A stretch of DNA of 64,000 bases, taken from Trichodelitschia bisporula (Eukaryota). The translations under genes and the position numbers were made by a program. Each line of letters begins with the position of its first letter. The stretch's first letter is position 1. Location of the stretch: contig ML996690.1 in the NCBI GenBank assembly GCA_010356995.1, forward strand, positions 1,148,217-1,212,216, given 5' to 3'. Positions 25,268 to 36,625 of the stretch are shown piece by piece. Under the pieces are notes generated by a model. It had not been told where the DNA came from. It searched no databases and saw only the letters and a list, made by a program, of their open reading frames with translations.

Positions 25268-26606
25268 CTACAACTTCCACCCCCTTTTCCTCGCTGCAAG
25301 CGTCTCGATCCTAACCGCCAAATCCTCCAAAATCTCCTCACTCCCCCCCCCCACAACCATCATCCTCAAGTCACGGGTAATCTGCTCAACCCTTCCACCA
25401 ACACCACCCCGCTGATACCCCACCCCCCCAAGCACCTGCTGAGCCTCACGCGCCGCCCGCTCCAGCGTCTGGCCCCCCATAACCTTCGCCAAGGCAATCC
25501 TGCCCGCAATCTCCTGTCCCTCCCAGCCCGTCTCGGAGCACTTAACATGGTATGCAATCTGCTCAAGCCACGCCCAATGCGCCTCGACGTCGCGCGCCAG
25601 CATCGCGAGCTTATGCCGTATGATTTGGTTCGCCGCGAGCGGGCGCCCGAACGTATGCCGTGTATGCGCATAGTTAAACGCGGTGGTGAGGCACTCGCGC
25701 GCCATGCGGTTGCACCCGACGGCCATGACGAAGCGCTCGCGGTTGAAGTTCGTCATTATGATTTTGAAGCCGGAGTTCTCGCGGCCCAAGAGATTGGAGA
25801 TCGGGACATGCACGTCTTCGAGGTCGACCCAGGAGGCGCCGCCGGCGGTTTGGCCGCTGTGGGGGATGCGCCGGTGGGTTATGCCGGGGGTTGAGAGGGG
25901 GATTACGAGCTGCATTGTTAGCCATTGGGTCTTTATGAGGCTGCGGGGAACATACCACGCTGATGCCGCCCATGCCCGGACCACCCGTGCGGACGGCAGT
26001 GGTCATATGCGTCGCCCACGGAATGCCGGTGATGAACTTCTTCGTCCCATTGACCACGTAATGCGTCCCATCCTCCGTCTTAACCGCTTTCGTCACAATA
26101 TTCGCCACATCCGATCCCGCCCCCGGCTCCGTAATCCCCAGACAAAAACTCGTCTCCCACGTAAACAATCCAGGGAGCCACTTCCGGCGCTGCTCCTCCG
26201 TGCCATAATGCACGACGGGCGGGGCGCCGATAACCGACGCGCCGGACAGAGACGTCATGACACCGCCGAGGGCCCGGCTTGTCTGATCCGTCATGAGCAG
26301 GAAGTGAAATGCATCGAGTTCGTCGACCGGAATGCCGGCTGGGTCGGGTAGGTCAGCGGGCCGGTATTCCTTCGGGATGTCGACGTGCGCGAAGCCGGAG
26401 CGCACCCATTTAAGCGCCTCCTCGCGTGGGGCACCACCGGCCGCTTCCCAGTCCAGCGAGTACGGGAGTATTTTCTCCTCGACGTAGGTGCGCAGCTCGT
26501 TGCGTAGTTTCCGGTGCGACGCGCTGTAGTACGGCGAGTGGATGTATTCGAAGGCGGGCTCGGCCCAGGGCGCGAGGCGGGCGGTATCGCGCTTGGAAGA
26601 TGCCAT
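25268..26606 (-). CDS. Acyl-CoA dehydrogenase, 2 exons
   Basis: 'CLGITEPGAGSDVA', 'VNGTKKFITG', 'GFKIIMTNFNRER', 'RHTFGRPL', 'QQVLGGVGY' and 'GGGSEEIL'. Intron at ~25955-25909. Confidence 0.93.
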
Positions 26607-27180
26607 TGCGGAGATTGGACTCAATGGCTGAAACCGTGGAGCGAGGGCGAGGCATGGTGAGGGGTTGAGTTGCTTATTGATTGCTGGTGCGGCCGATCAC
26701 GAGCTTGGTGCGGAGGTGATGCGGAGAAGTCTGGGGTTGCCGCGGCTGGGATGTGCGCGCATGGATATGTCATCCCGCACCACGGTGGGCTTCATGTACC
26801 TAGGTAACTGCCATTTGATTCGAAAGCAATTTGCTTGGTTTCTTGAGAGTTTCATGGGAAACAGTTGTTAGTCTACTCCAGGGTAGACACGATGACTTTC
26901 GGGATGCAGAACTTGCGATTTGGGAGGTTGGGTGCCCCAAAGCCATCAGGAAGCCACGTCCATGGGTAATTTAGTGTCAAGTTATTGATATCAAAGCCAC
27001 GAGAATATCACATTGGTCCTAAGCCTTGTAGCTTTAAAACCCCCTGACCTATCAAAGCGCATTGAATTCAAAATCCGAACCCGTAAAACGAAAGCAGTAA
27101 ACCATGGGTATCATATGCAATGCATGCCATCAGCACCATGCAATCGCAGTGAAAGGCAAAACCAGCAACATTCAGGACAT

Positions 27181-28304
27181 TCAACTATCCGCATCCACCG
27201 GCCGCTTCCGGTTTCCAATGTCCAAGTCGGCAAACCTAGGCCGCGCAAGGGCGATATTCACCCGGGCAGCATTGAATACATGTTCGGACGGCGGAATCGT
27301 GACGGCCAAGTTGGTGTTTTCCGTCAACCTCGTGATAAAAAACATGAAACGGCCAGTTTTGATCTGGAGCTCGGCAAAATTGGCGCTGCCGGCTGGGATG
27401 CCCGTGTGCTTACTATCACCGGTTAGTAAGGACCTACGACGGAGGAAGAAAACCTTACGCCAATGACTGCTTGTGCGTCTTCAAGATGCTTGAGATGCGC
27501 TCGAAGCGGTCAATGTACGGGTTGCTGGCCTCCACTCCCCGCGTAACATGCGTCACCATCAAACAGGTCGTCCGCTCGTACAGGATCAGCTCCCGCGCGT
27601 CAATGACCTCCGCCAGCATCTCCAGCAGATTTTCGATCGTGCTCGCGTTCGGGATGAGAAAGTAGATGACCTGCGTCCACGCCTTGTACAGGCTCTGGTC
27701 CCAGATACTCGTTGGGTAGAACTCGACAGTGTCTCGAAAGCCCTCGGAGGCAGACCGGATATACTCCGTGCGCTCCTCGAACGTCTGGGCTCGTCGACTG
27801 GCTTGGACGAGGTCCATCTTGTGGATGAGGCAGAAGACCTTTGCGCTCGGGGACCATTCTTGCAGGGCACGGATGATGTTGCTGTAGTTGACGACATCGG
27901 TATGAGGCTCTCGGGATTCGATGTCAAAGACAAATATGAGGACGGCCACGCTGCTGAATACGTGCGACCGTTGGTGAGTGAGGTAGTTCTCGACAAAGCC
28001 ATCCTGACTGGGGATCGTCAGAACGGGCACAAACAACCTCTAGGTTTCAAGGCGGCTCCATGCCTCTGGAGACTAACATTGCCATGAAACCGAGGACATC
28101 TTACCCTCCACAGTCCCACAGATTCAGGGTCAGGTTTCCCATGAACTTGATATTGCTATGCTCGACATCAATGGTCGCTGCTAGCCTGCGTACATCTTTG
28201 GCGACGTAGTTGCTGAAAACGATGGACCTCATCGACGATTTCCCCGCGCCACTTTTGCCCATCAGCAGCACCTTACGCTGCTTCTGGCGTTTGACCGAAC
28301 TCAT
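27181..28304 (-). CDS. GTR1: RagA/B-family GTPase Gtr1 (TORC1 signalling), 3 exons
   Basis: '[23 protein letters not shown]', 'ATIDVEHS', '[10 protein letters not shown]', 'HKMDL', '[12 protein letters not shown]' and '[10 protein letters not shown]'. Confidence 0.95.
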
Positions 28305-28531
28305 GACGAAGGAGTTGTTAGAAGGAATAAATTGATGACTACGAATGGCTGATGTTCCAGGACGACAAGCCCCCCCAGCCCCAATGCCAAGCATGCGGTG
28401 ATTGATGTCCGGAGCGGAACAACAATTTTTCGAGACGGCGCGTCGTGAAGCTCTGATGAAGGGTGGAAGCGTAATGGTACCACCATCTTTATTCAACTTC
28501 CCTACCTCTCTACTGCGAATTACTATCTCCC

Positions 28532-29374
28532 ATGGCGTCCCCCGCTGGCGACCATAACTCTTCTACCGACAGCCCCGCCCGTAGCGGCGCCGACGACAAA
28601 CACAACGGGCTGGGCGCCGAAGCGCAAAAAACTCCCCTCGACAGACAATCACCCGCTCCCGAACAAACACCCCAGGACAAAGTCGCCGCCCTGCCTTCCG
28701 AACCACCATTACCCAACGAAGAAGCACCACCCCCACTACCGGACGAAGCACCGCCACTGCCGGCCGAAGAGCCGCCGGATGACGGCTGGGAACCACTGTG
28801 GGATCCAAACGCGGGGGCATTCTACTTTTTCAACAGGTTCACCAAGGCATCACAGTGGGAGAACCCACGAATTCCGGAGGCGACCGCTGCGGTCGCCACA
28901 CCAGCCGTGGATGTCGGACCCCATGACCCGATAGCAGCCGAAGGATCCGGGCCTAGTGACGGCACGTCCTCGGAGCTCAAGCGCGGTCCGGCTGGAGGCT
29001 ACAACCCCGCGATCCACGGCGACTACGACCCCAATGCGGACTACGCGATTGAGGCGCATCCGGAAGACGAGGAGCGTACTGCAGCCCAGCAGGCCGATCC
29101 GAACGCCATCTACTCCTCCATTGGCGCGTTTAACCGCTTTACAGGCCGGTGGCAGGACGCGACCGTGAATCCGGACACGCACAACGATGAGAATAAGACG
29201 AAACGGCAGATGAGCGCATACTTTGACGTGGATGCTGCGGCCAATAGCCACGACGGACGCAGTCTCAAGGCCGAGCGGCAGGGCAAGAAGCTCAGTAAGG
29301 AGGAGGTTCGAGCATTCCGTGAGAAGCGGAGAGCGAAGAAGGAGGAGAAGCGGCGAGCATGGCTGCGAGACTAG
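28532..29374 (+). CDS. WW-domain protein with basic C-terminus
   Basis: WW domain '[30 protein letters not shown]'. Conserved-looking '[17 protein letters not shown]' and '[12 protein letters not shown]'. Single exon, divergent from GTR1 by ~230 bp. Confidence 0.85.
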   Translation: MASPAGDHNSSTDSPARSGADDKHNGLGAEAQKTPLDRQSPAPEQTPQDKVAALPSEPPLPNEEAPPPLPDEAPPLPAEEPPDDGWEPLWDPNAGAFYFFNRFTKASQWENPRIPEATAAVATPAVDVGPHDPIAAEGSGPSDGTSSELKRGPAGGYNPAIHGDYDPNADYAIEAHPEDEERTAAQQADPNAIYSSIGAFNRFTGRWQDATVNPDTHNDENKTKRQMSAYFDVDAAANSHDGRSLKAERQGKKLSKEEVRAFREKRRAKKEEKRRAWLRD

Positions 29375-31396
29375 ACCGTAGTGTAGATGGCGTTAGCTTT
29401 TGGTGTACGTTGTATTTTAGCCTGCATCTGTTAGTATGGGTACGGAGTTCTGCGTGTTATTACTTGCTGCGGAGCATGTTGCCTGTGGTCTAGGTTTCGG
29501 GGCAAAGCAATTTCGTACCGTCAACGTCCGCTGGTGAAATCAGTGACATAAGATATGGGGGGAGGGTTTGTGTGAGTGGAGGGTTCGCATAGTAGAGCAT
29601 TTACTAAGCGCCAGCTGCTGAAGGGAACCTTGTAGCCACGTTTCGTCCAGGGCAGAGTGGCTGTGCCGATGAGGACTGTGGCCACACAGTTTCAGCATCC
29701 AATCCTGGTCAGACAGGATACTCTGTTGTGTTCAATTTCTCGGTAACGGGTCATCCTAGGGTCAGTGACGACAACATCGGGTCTTGACGGCGGTTCGCTG
29801 TATCCCCGGCGGATAGCACATCATCCACTTCAAGGAATGGTTCGAACCCCGTCTGTTGTGACGTTCATTCGGCTCCTTAGATTGATCCTCAGAGATACGA
29901 CCTGGAATGATGTCTTGCGAAGCATCCCGTGCTGACACCTGCAAAAGGTAGAATCTGAAGCAGCATGTCAGCCAGGCAACCTGTCTTTTCACCACCGCAC
30001 GCCCGAGATGAACAGAGCGCCTCGGGAACAAATAGGTCTGTAAACCCGATTGGGCCCCAAGTCCACAGCACCAACACCACAAATCCGAGACGGCACCGGC
30101 CACGTATGTAGGTTGAGTGTCGCCCAACAACCACGGAATCTCTGTCATCGGTGCCATCCAGGAATTCTTCAAGCGGCCTTTGTCCCTGCAGATCTCCAGC
30201 TTGTGCTCCCATTTGTTAGCGCAGCCTTACCCATCAGATAAGCACTGCCATGGCTCTTGGCCGCGCAAAGCCAAGACGGTTAAAAAGCTTGACCATAATA
30301 TCGATATGAAGGGCGCTCGACTTCCGACATCATGCCATGCCATCATTGTGAATCTGCTTTGAGTATGCTTTGGAGGTGAAATGAAGAGCCATGACGTCTC
30401 ACAATATCGTGTTCGCATGTCTACTTGCCCATCAGAGAGACCATGGGTCTTAAAGTGCCGCGACCAGCATCGTTGCTGACCTCCGAGGCACTTTCCGCTC
30501 CCTAGTCTAGGGTTTCATCCCCTTCAACAACCCGCCATTTCACACCGTCGCCCTGCCAGAGTCGGCTCCGCACATTGAGCCACGTTGACCAAACACACGC
30601 CCGCGCATCGGGGAAGTGGTCAGGGCAAACAGCTCATAGGCCGCACCGCTCCTATCAGACGCAACCCCGCTCCCAACGCGGCAACACAGTCCCCATGCAT
30701 TTTGCATGCACTTGGCGCATACCAGCCTTCAGCCCCGCCGCAGATTGGTTGGTCTTCTGACGGCTGGTATGTGGCGCTCGTTACAAGGGCCGCGGTGTTT
30801 GTGTCAGTCAGACTGCCCTTTGCCAGCCCACTGCTGCCAGCTTGCTTGCTGCTAGGGCCGCGCAATCCGCGATTGTGAGGGTTGTGCCACGATGCGAGGC
30901 CTGGACCTGCGATATTGCGGGGAGACAGGGACAGGCCGCTAGCCCCAATGCCCCGCGGGGGAGGTGGTATCCCGCGGCACAGTGGGGCGCAACGACAGGA
31001 TAAGGGCCAACTGCGCCACGGATGGGGCCCGATGCGGGTGCATATTCACCGTCAATTGAGCTGCGCGAATTATGGGCGCAGGGCTAGATGAGGCATGACT
31101 TCCAGTTGCCTGGGTGGGCTGGCCGCATGCTATGGCTGTGCTGCTCCGATAGGCTTTTGCTGCAATATGCGCAGCCAGGGGGGTCTTCTCAGCTGAGAAG
31201 GGAGGAACGCCCAAGTGGCCCGCGTTCCTGCCGTCGGTTGGCTGTCCTACGTCCGAGGGACGTATTAAAGCTGCTGGCCCTCGTTCCTGCTGCCGCTGCT
31301 CTCAGTTTCCCCGCCTCTCCGCCCTCAAAATTATCGACTGCCACCAGTATCGCAAGCCTCACTGACTTTTATCTCAACACCTCACCTTAACGTCAT

Positions 31397-31452
31397 GTAA
31401 GGACTCCCAGCTGCCAATTGATTGTTCTTCGCTAATGACTATCGCTCTACAG
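31397..31452 (+). other. Putative 5'UTR intron of the CAAX-peptide gene
   Basis: Donor GTAAGG (31397), branch point GCTAAT (31431-31436) and acceptor CTACAG (ending 31452). Length is 56 bp and it ends 5 nt before the ATG. Confidence 0.75.
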
Positions 31453-31457
31453 TCAAA

Positions 31458-31580
31458 ATGCCTGGCAGCACCTCCTCCAGCATCGCCTCGGTCGTCAAGC
31501 CGAAGCCGATCAAGACCACGTGCGGCGAAGAATGCGATTGCTGCGGTATGGATGAGTCGTGCTGGTGCGTTGTCATGTAA
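31458..31580 (+). CDS. 40-aa Cys-rich peptide ending in a CAAX box (MPGSTSSSIASVVKPKPIKTTCGEECDCCGMDESCWCVVM); candidate prenylated peptide or pheromone-like precursor
   Basis: Strong fungal start context TCAAA-ATG directly after an intron acceptor. Codons end mostly in C or G, like neighbouring genes. Six Cys, and C-terminal CVVM-TAA. Below the size cut-off of the ORF track. Confidence 0.8.
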   Translation: MPGSTSSSIASVVKPKPIKTTCGEECDCCGMDESCWCVVM

Positions 31581-32055
31581 AGCCGCCGGAGGGACTGGCC
31601 AAACGAGGATGGAGCTATGGAGTTGGCGTCGTCGCACCGTGGAAGCAAACTGGTCGTGGCATGCCTGGGTCGTGATTGCTGCTCGTTCTGTTTACTCTTG
31701 AGCAAATCAAATCAACCTTTAGTTCTATACCACATCGCGTGTGCCAAAGTGAATCTAGCAGTGTAAACATTGATTGTCGTTCCTGTTCAAGCTTGGCTCT
31801 CGTCATGCTGCCGCGGAAGCGCGGGAGAGCTCGGTAACGCCATGTATTGGCGTCTTGGCCGACTTCATAAACATCCGCAGTGCCCGGTCACTGAGAGTTA
31901 TTGCGGTGCCATAGCACTATTTGCGTGAGGATTTCTGCCCGTCCCCTCGTGAAGATGTGAACGTGTCCCCATGCCAAGGCAACACCCTGATCCGTATCTG
32001 AGGCCAGCTGCACTGCCAAAGAGTTCACAACTGCCTCACAGGACGCGTGCCTTGT

Positions 32056-32583
32056 TCATCCAACCTTCTTACCATTCTCAATGATCATGTATTCATCGCT
32101 TGCTGTTCAGCATCGAAGGCCACTCAGGGTCGGATCTTGGGACTTACCCGACCATCATCCGCATCTGGCTCTCGTCCATGAAGTTGTCGTGGTCACTGGA
32201 CAGCAGCTTCGACTCGGGATCGTACAGGAACTGGGCAAAAGATTTGTAGTCCGGGAAATAAAAGGTGCAGATGGCATCGTAGTCCAAAAGAGGGGCTTTG
32301 CCCTTCAAGATATCTTGCATCGTGGTTCGATCTCGCTGTAGATGGTACGTCTGCGACGGGGTTTCAGTAGCCGTACTACGGGAGAGACATTCCAGGAGCA
32401 TACGAGACTGTAGCTAATGATATTATGCTTCAATAAAACAGGTGCGGCTCTTTGAGCGTGATGGTTGTTGTAATGCTCAATGAAGTCCTCATCGCTAATG
32501 TCCTCGCGCTTCTTCACGAGGATGGTGACCTTGGTAACCTTGCGGAAGCCGGCTGTGCCCGGATAGCCAGCCTCGAGGACCAT
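32056..32583 (-). CDS. EthD-family (dimeric alpha/beta barrel) protein, 3 exons
   Basis: 'KVTILVKKREDISDEDFIEHYNNHHA', 'LDYDAICTFYF' and 'LSSDHDNFMD'. Two GT..AG introns give the end 'MMVG|DEYMIIENGKKVG*'. Confidence 0.85.
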
Positions 32584-32996
32584 TTCGGCAGTGCTTCAAT
32601 AGTAGTAAATGGATGTTGACCACCAGGGTAGACAGGCTGAGGCTCAATACTGGTGTTTTCTGGACCATCAGGGTCAGTAACGACGGACGAACATGAGGGG
32701 GTGGTCCGTGCGCTTCCCCACAACATCCCATCCGTGCCGGGATATTATCGGCCACAATGTTGGGCTCATAGCGCATCTTCAATGCGTTTGTTGGCGATAG
32801 TCACTGAACAGCCCATAAGAGACACGTCTTGTCCTTTGATTGCTAGTGGACTCACCTCACTTTGTTCCTCTGCGTCTATACGTCCGCTTCCCACATCCAC
32901 CCCACACACCCCATCTTTGAGCCACCGTTTGGGTCACACGCGCTCTTTGGCTGGCGGGGCGCATTGTACCAACGCTACTCCCACCAGTGCCGTTGC

Positions 32997-35900
32997 ATGA
33001 TACTCTCGTCTATAGGAAGGAAGCGCGCCCTTGGCCATGTTTCCAGAACCAAATCGTTGAACCCTTCTCAAACCCTTTTACGGAGCTCGGACGTTCCCTC
33101 CCGTTGCCACATTTCGTGCTCGGCGGCGCAGGCTTCCTCTTGCCTGCGGCTCACTCAGCCTGCGATTCACCGGCACCGCAGCCTGCAGTTGCCTGATCTA
33201 CACCAACGGCCCTACATAGCCTTACGATCTGCACATACCTTTCCAACTACAACTATGGACGAACATTACAATTCTCTGCCCTCGCTGGAGAGACTGACAA
33301 TTGGAGACATGGAACGACCTGCGCTGGACGACCGCTCCTACAAAGTCATCACGCTGTCCAACAAACTGGAGGCACTTCTCATACGCGATGCTGACACGGA
33401 TAAGGCGAGCGCGGCGCTGGACGTGAATGTTGGGAGTTTCAGTGATGCGAAAGATCTGCCAGGCACGGCGCATGCGGTGGAGCATCTTCTTTTCATGGGA
33501 ACTGAAAAGGTGGGTTCTCTCTGAGACACTCCCTCTCTAGCCTCGTCCTAACACTGCGCAGTACCCAAAAGAGAACGAGTACCACCAGTACCTCACCTCG
33601 CATTCCGGACACTCGAACGCCTACACGGCCGGCACTTCGACAAACTACTACTTTGAAGTCGCGGCGTCATCCAGCAAGACATCTACCCCCACACCAGCAG
33701 ATGCGGAAGCAACGAACGACTCCCCACTCTATGGAGCGCTGGACAGATTTGCGCAGTTCTTCATTAAGCCGCTTTTCCTTGAGGATACACTTGACCGGGA
33801 GTTGCGTGCCGTGGATTCGGAGAACAAGAAGAACCTTCAGAGCGACAACTGGCGTCTGCACCAGCTGCACAAATCCCTTTCCAACCCCGCACATCCGTAT
33901 TGCCACTTTTCGACTGGTAACTACCAGACGCTCCACGATGAACCGCTGGCGCGAGGTGTGCGCATTCGCGATGAGTTCATCAAGTTTTACGACACGCATT
34001 ATTCTGCGAACCGTATGAAGCTTGTCGTCCTGGGCCGGGAGAGCCTGGAGCAGCTGGAAGCCTGGGTTCAAGAGCTCTTCGCCCCTGTTAAGAACAAGGA
34101 TCTGCCACGGAACCGATGGGACGGTGTGCCTCTCTACACCGACAAAGAGCTCTTAACTCAGCTGTTCGCGAAGCCGGTCTGCGACATGAAGACACTGGAT
34201 ATCTACTTTCCCTATCCGGATGAGGAACAGTACTACGAGTCGCAGCCTAGTCATTACCTTGGCCATTTGATTGGATATGAGGGACCGGGGAGCATCCTCG
34301 CGTATCTCAAGGGCAAGGGTTGGGTGACCGGTCTGGGGGCTGGGGCCTCGTCCCTCTGTCCTGGCTCCTCATACTACAGCATCACGATAAAGCTCACAGA
34401 GGAGGGCATCAAGCACTATCAGGAGATCACCGAGGTCGTGTTCCAGTACATTGCCATGTTGAGGGAAGCGCCGCCTCAGCAACAGTATCATGAAGAACTT
34501 AAGAAGATGAGCGAAGTCAACTTCCGCTTCAAGCAGAAGAGCCCGGCGAGCAAGACTACCAGTCGTCTTAGTGCTGTGATGCAGCGCCCGTACCCGCGGG
34601 ACCGCCTCTTGAGTGGGCCCAGCCTGGTGAGGAAGTTTGAACCGGAGGCTATCAAGAAGGGCCTGGAGTATCTGTCGCCAGACAACTTTCGGATCATCAT
34701 CACCAGCCAAGACTTCCCGGGTGACTGGGATCAAAAGGAGAAGTGGTACGGGACGGAGTATCGCTATGAGCGTATTCCAGATGAATTTTTGCAGCGCATC
34801 GTGAAGGCCGCCAACGCCGGTTCCAAAGAACGCGTGCCAGAGCTCCATCTACCGCATTCGAATGAGTTCATTCCAACCCGGCTGGAGGTCGAGAAGCGTG
34901 AAGTCGAGAAGCCGCTGAAAGCTCCCAAGCTTTTGAGGAATGATGATTTGGTGCGGGTCTGGTTCAAGAAGGATGATCAGTTCTGGGTCCCCAAGGCCAA
35001 TCTTTACGTCACTCTGCGAACGCCCCACGTTTCAACCACCCCCCGAAATTCGATGCTCACACAGCTGTATCATGCGTTGGTGCAAGATGCTCTTAATGAG
35101 TATGCATATGATGCTGAGGTTGCTGGTCTGGACTACTATATTTCCAGCAACTCTACGGGCCTCTCTGTCCATTTGGTGGGCTACAACGATAAGATGGCAG
35201 TGTTGCTCGAGAAGGTCATGCGGTCCATGAAGGAACTCGAGGTTCGGGACGACCGCTTCGTCGTGATCAAAGAGCGCCTTTTGCGAACCTACAAGAACTG
35301 GGAGTTTCAGCTGCCGTATTACCAAGTCGGTAACTATAGTAGGTGGCTGACGTCTGAGGCCGGATGGATTAACGAGCAATACCTCGCCGAGTTGCAACAC
35401 ATCTCTGCCGAGGAAGTCAGGTCGTTTTTCCCGCAACTGATCCACCAAATGCACATTGAGACTTTCGCTCATGGCAACGTTCACCGGGAAGACGCTCTTC
35501 GCTTCACCGATCTTGTCGAGTCCATTCTGCGCCCGCGCAAGTACCCTCCGTCGCAATGGCGTGTTCAACGCTCACTTATTTTGCCTCCGGGGAGCAACTT
35601 TGTTTACGAGCGCTTCCTCAAAGACCCAGCCAACATCAACCACTGCATTGAGTACAATCTCTACGTTGGCGACTACTGCGACCGTGTTCTCAAAGCCAAA
35701 GCCACCCTTTTTGGTCAAATCGCGGACGAACCGTGTTTCGACCAGCTCCGCACAAAGGAACAGCTTGGCTATGTTGTCTTCAGTGGAGTGCGGATGGGCT
35801 CTGCTAGCATACGCTGGCGCGTCCTCGTGCAGAGTGAGAAGCATCCGAAGTATCTTGAGGGGCGCATCGACGCGTTCCTCGCGGCTCTGGGGAAGCAGCT

Positions 35901-36625
35901 GAAGGAGATGACGCCGGAAAAGTTCCAGAAGCACAAGACGAGCCTGATCAACAAGCATCTGGAGCGCGACAAGAACCTGTCTCAGGAGTCTGGGCGGCTT
36001 TGGGGCCACATCACCTGCGAGTACTTCGACTTTGAGATTCGTAAGTTGCCACCTGATGGCGTTCTTGGCGGTTACTGATAGATTCGCAGAGGATACCAAT
36101 GTTTGCCATATCGAACAGACGACCCAGGAAGAAATCGTCCAGTTCTTCGAACAGTACATCTCGCCCGAGTCTTCTGAGCGCGCCAAGTTGTCCGTCCATT
36201 TGCTCGCCCAGGGCCTGCCCCATACCATCGCCGTGGACGACAAGTTACCCAAGCCCATCCCAGAGCTCCTCAACCTTCTCACCAAGTTCTTCGACACACA
36301 AGGTATCAAGGTGGACTCTGAGCTGCTGAAGCAGCGCCTTCACAGTGTGAACGCGGAGGGCCAGAATCTGGAGCCAATGGCACGGGCCGTTCTTTCGTAC
36401 CTTGTCGAAGACGCTAAGGTGCCCGAGGAGCAGGCGAAGGATGTGATGACGCAAGCTCTGGCGCTGATACCGGAGGCGAAGGAAGAGAACTTGACTGAAG
36501 GGACAGCCAAGACTGCAGTTCCAATTACAGACGTTCGCTCCTTCAAAGCGAGTCTCCCGGTCAGCCACGGGCCACAGCCAGTGAAGGATCTGAGCGAGTT
36601 TGAAGACATTGAAGCAAAGCTATAG
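32997..36625 (+). CDS. STE23: Insulysin / a-factor-processing metallopeptidase (M16A); second in-frame ATG at 33255; introns approx. 33510-33561 and 36041-36090
   Basis: Inverted zinc motif 'HAVEHLLFMGTEK|YPKENEY', plus 'RAVDSENKKNLQSD', 'HLIGYEGPGSIL', 'WFKKDDQFWVPK' and 'FDQLRTKEQLGYVVFSG'. Confidence 0.93.

Noticed and set aside
29762..30418. Short minus-strand ORFs with an intron-like GTAAGG..GCTAAC signal
   Set aside because: I could not assemble a coherent spliced ORF or recognise any motif; it may be a decayed gene.
31088..31390. 100-aa ORF with a signal-peptide-like stretch (VLKLLALVPAAAALSFP)
   Set aside because: No Met directly precedes the hydrophobic stretch. It is better explained as the pyrimidine-rich promoter and 5'UTR of the CAAX-peptide gene.
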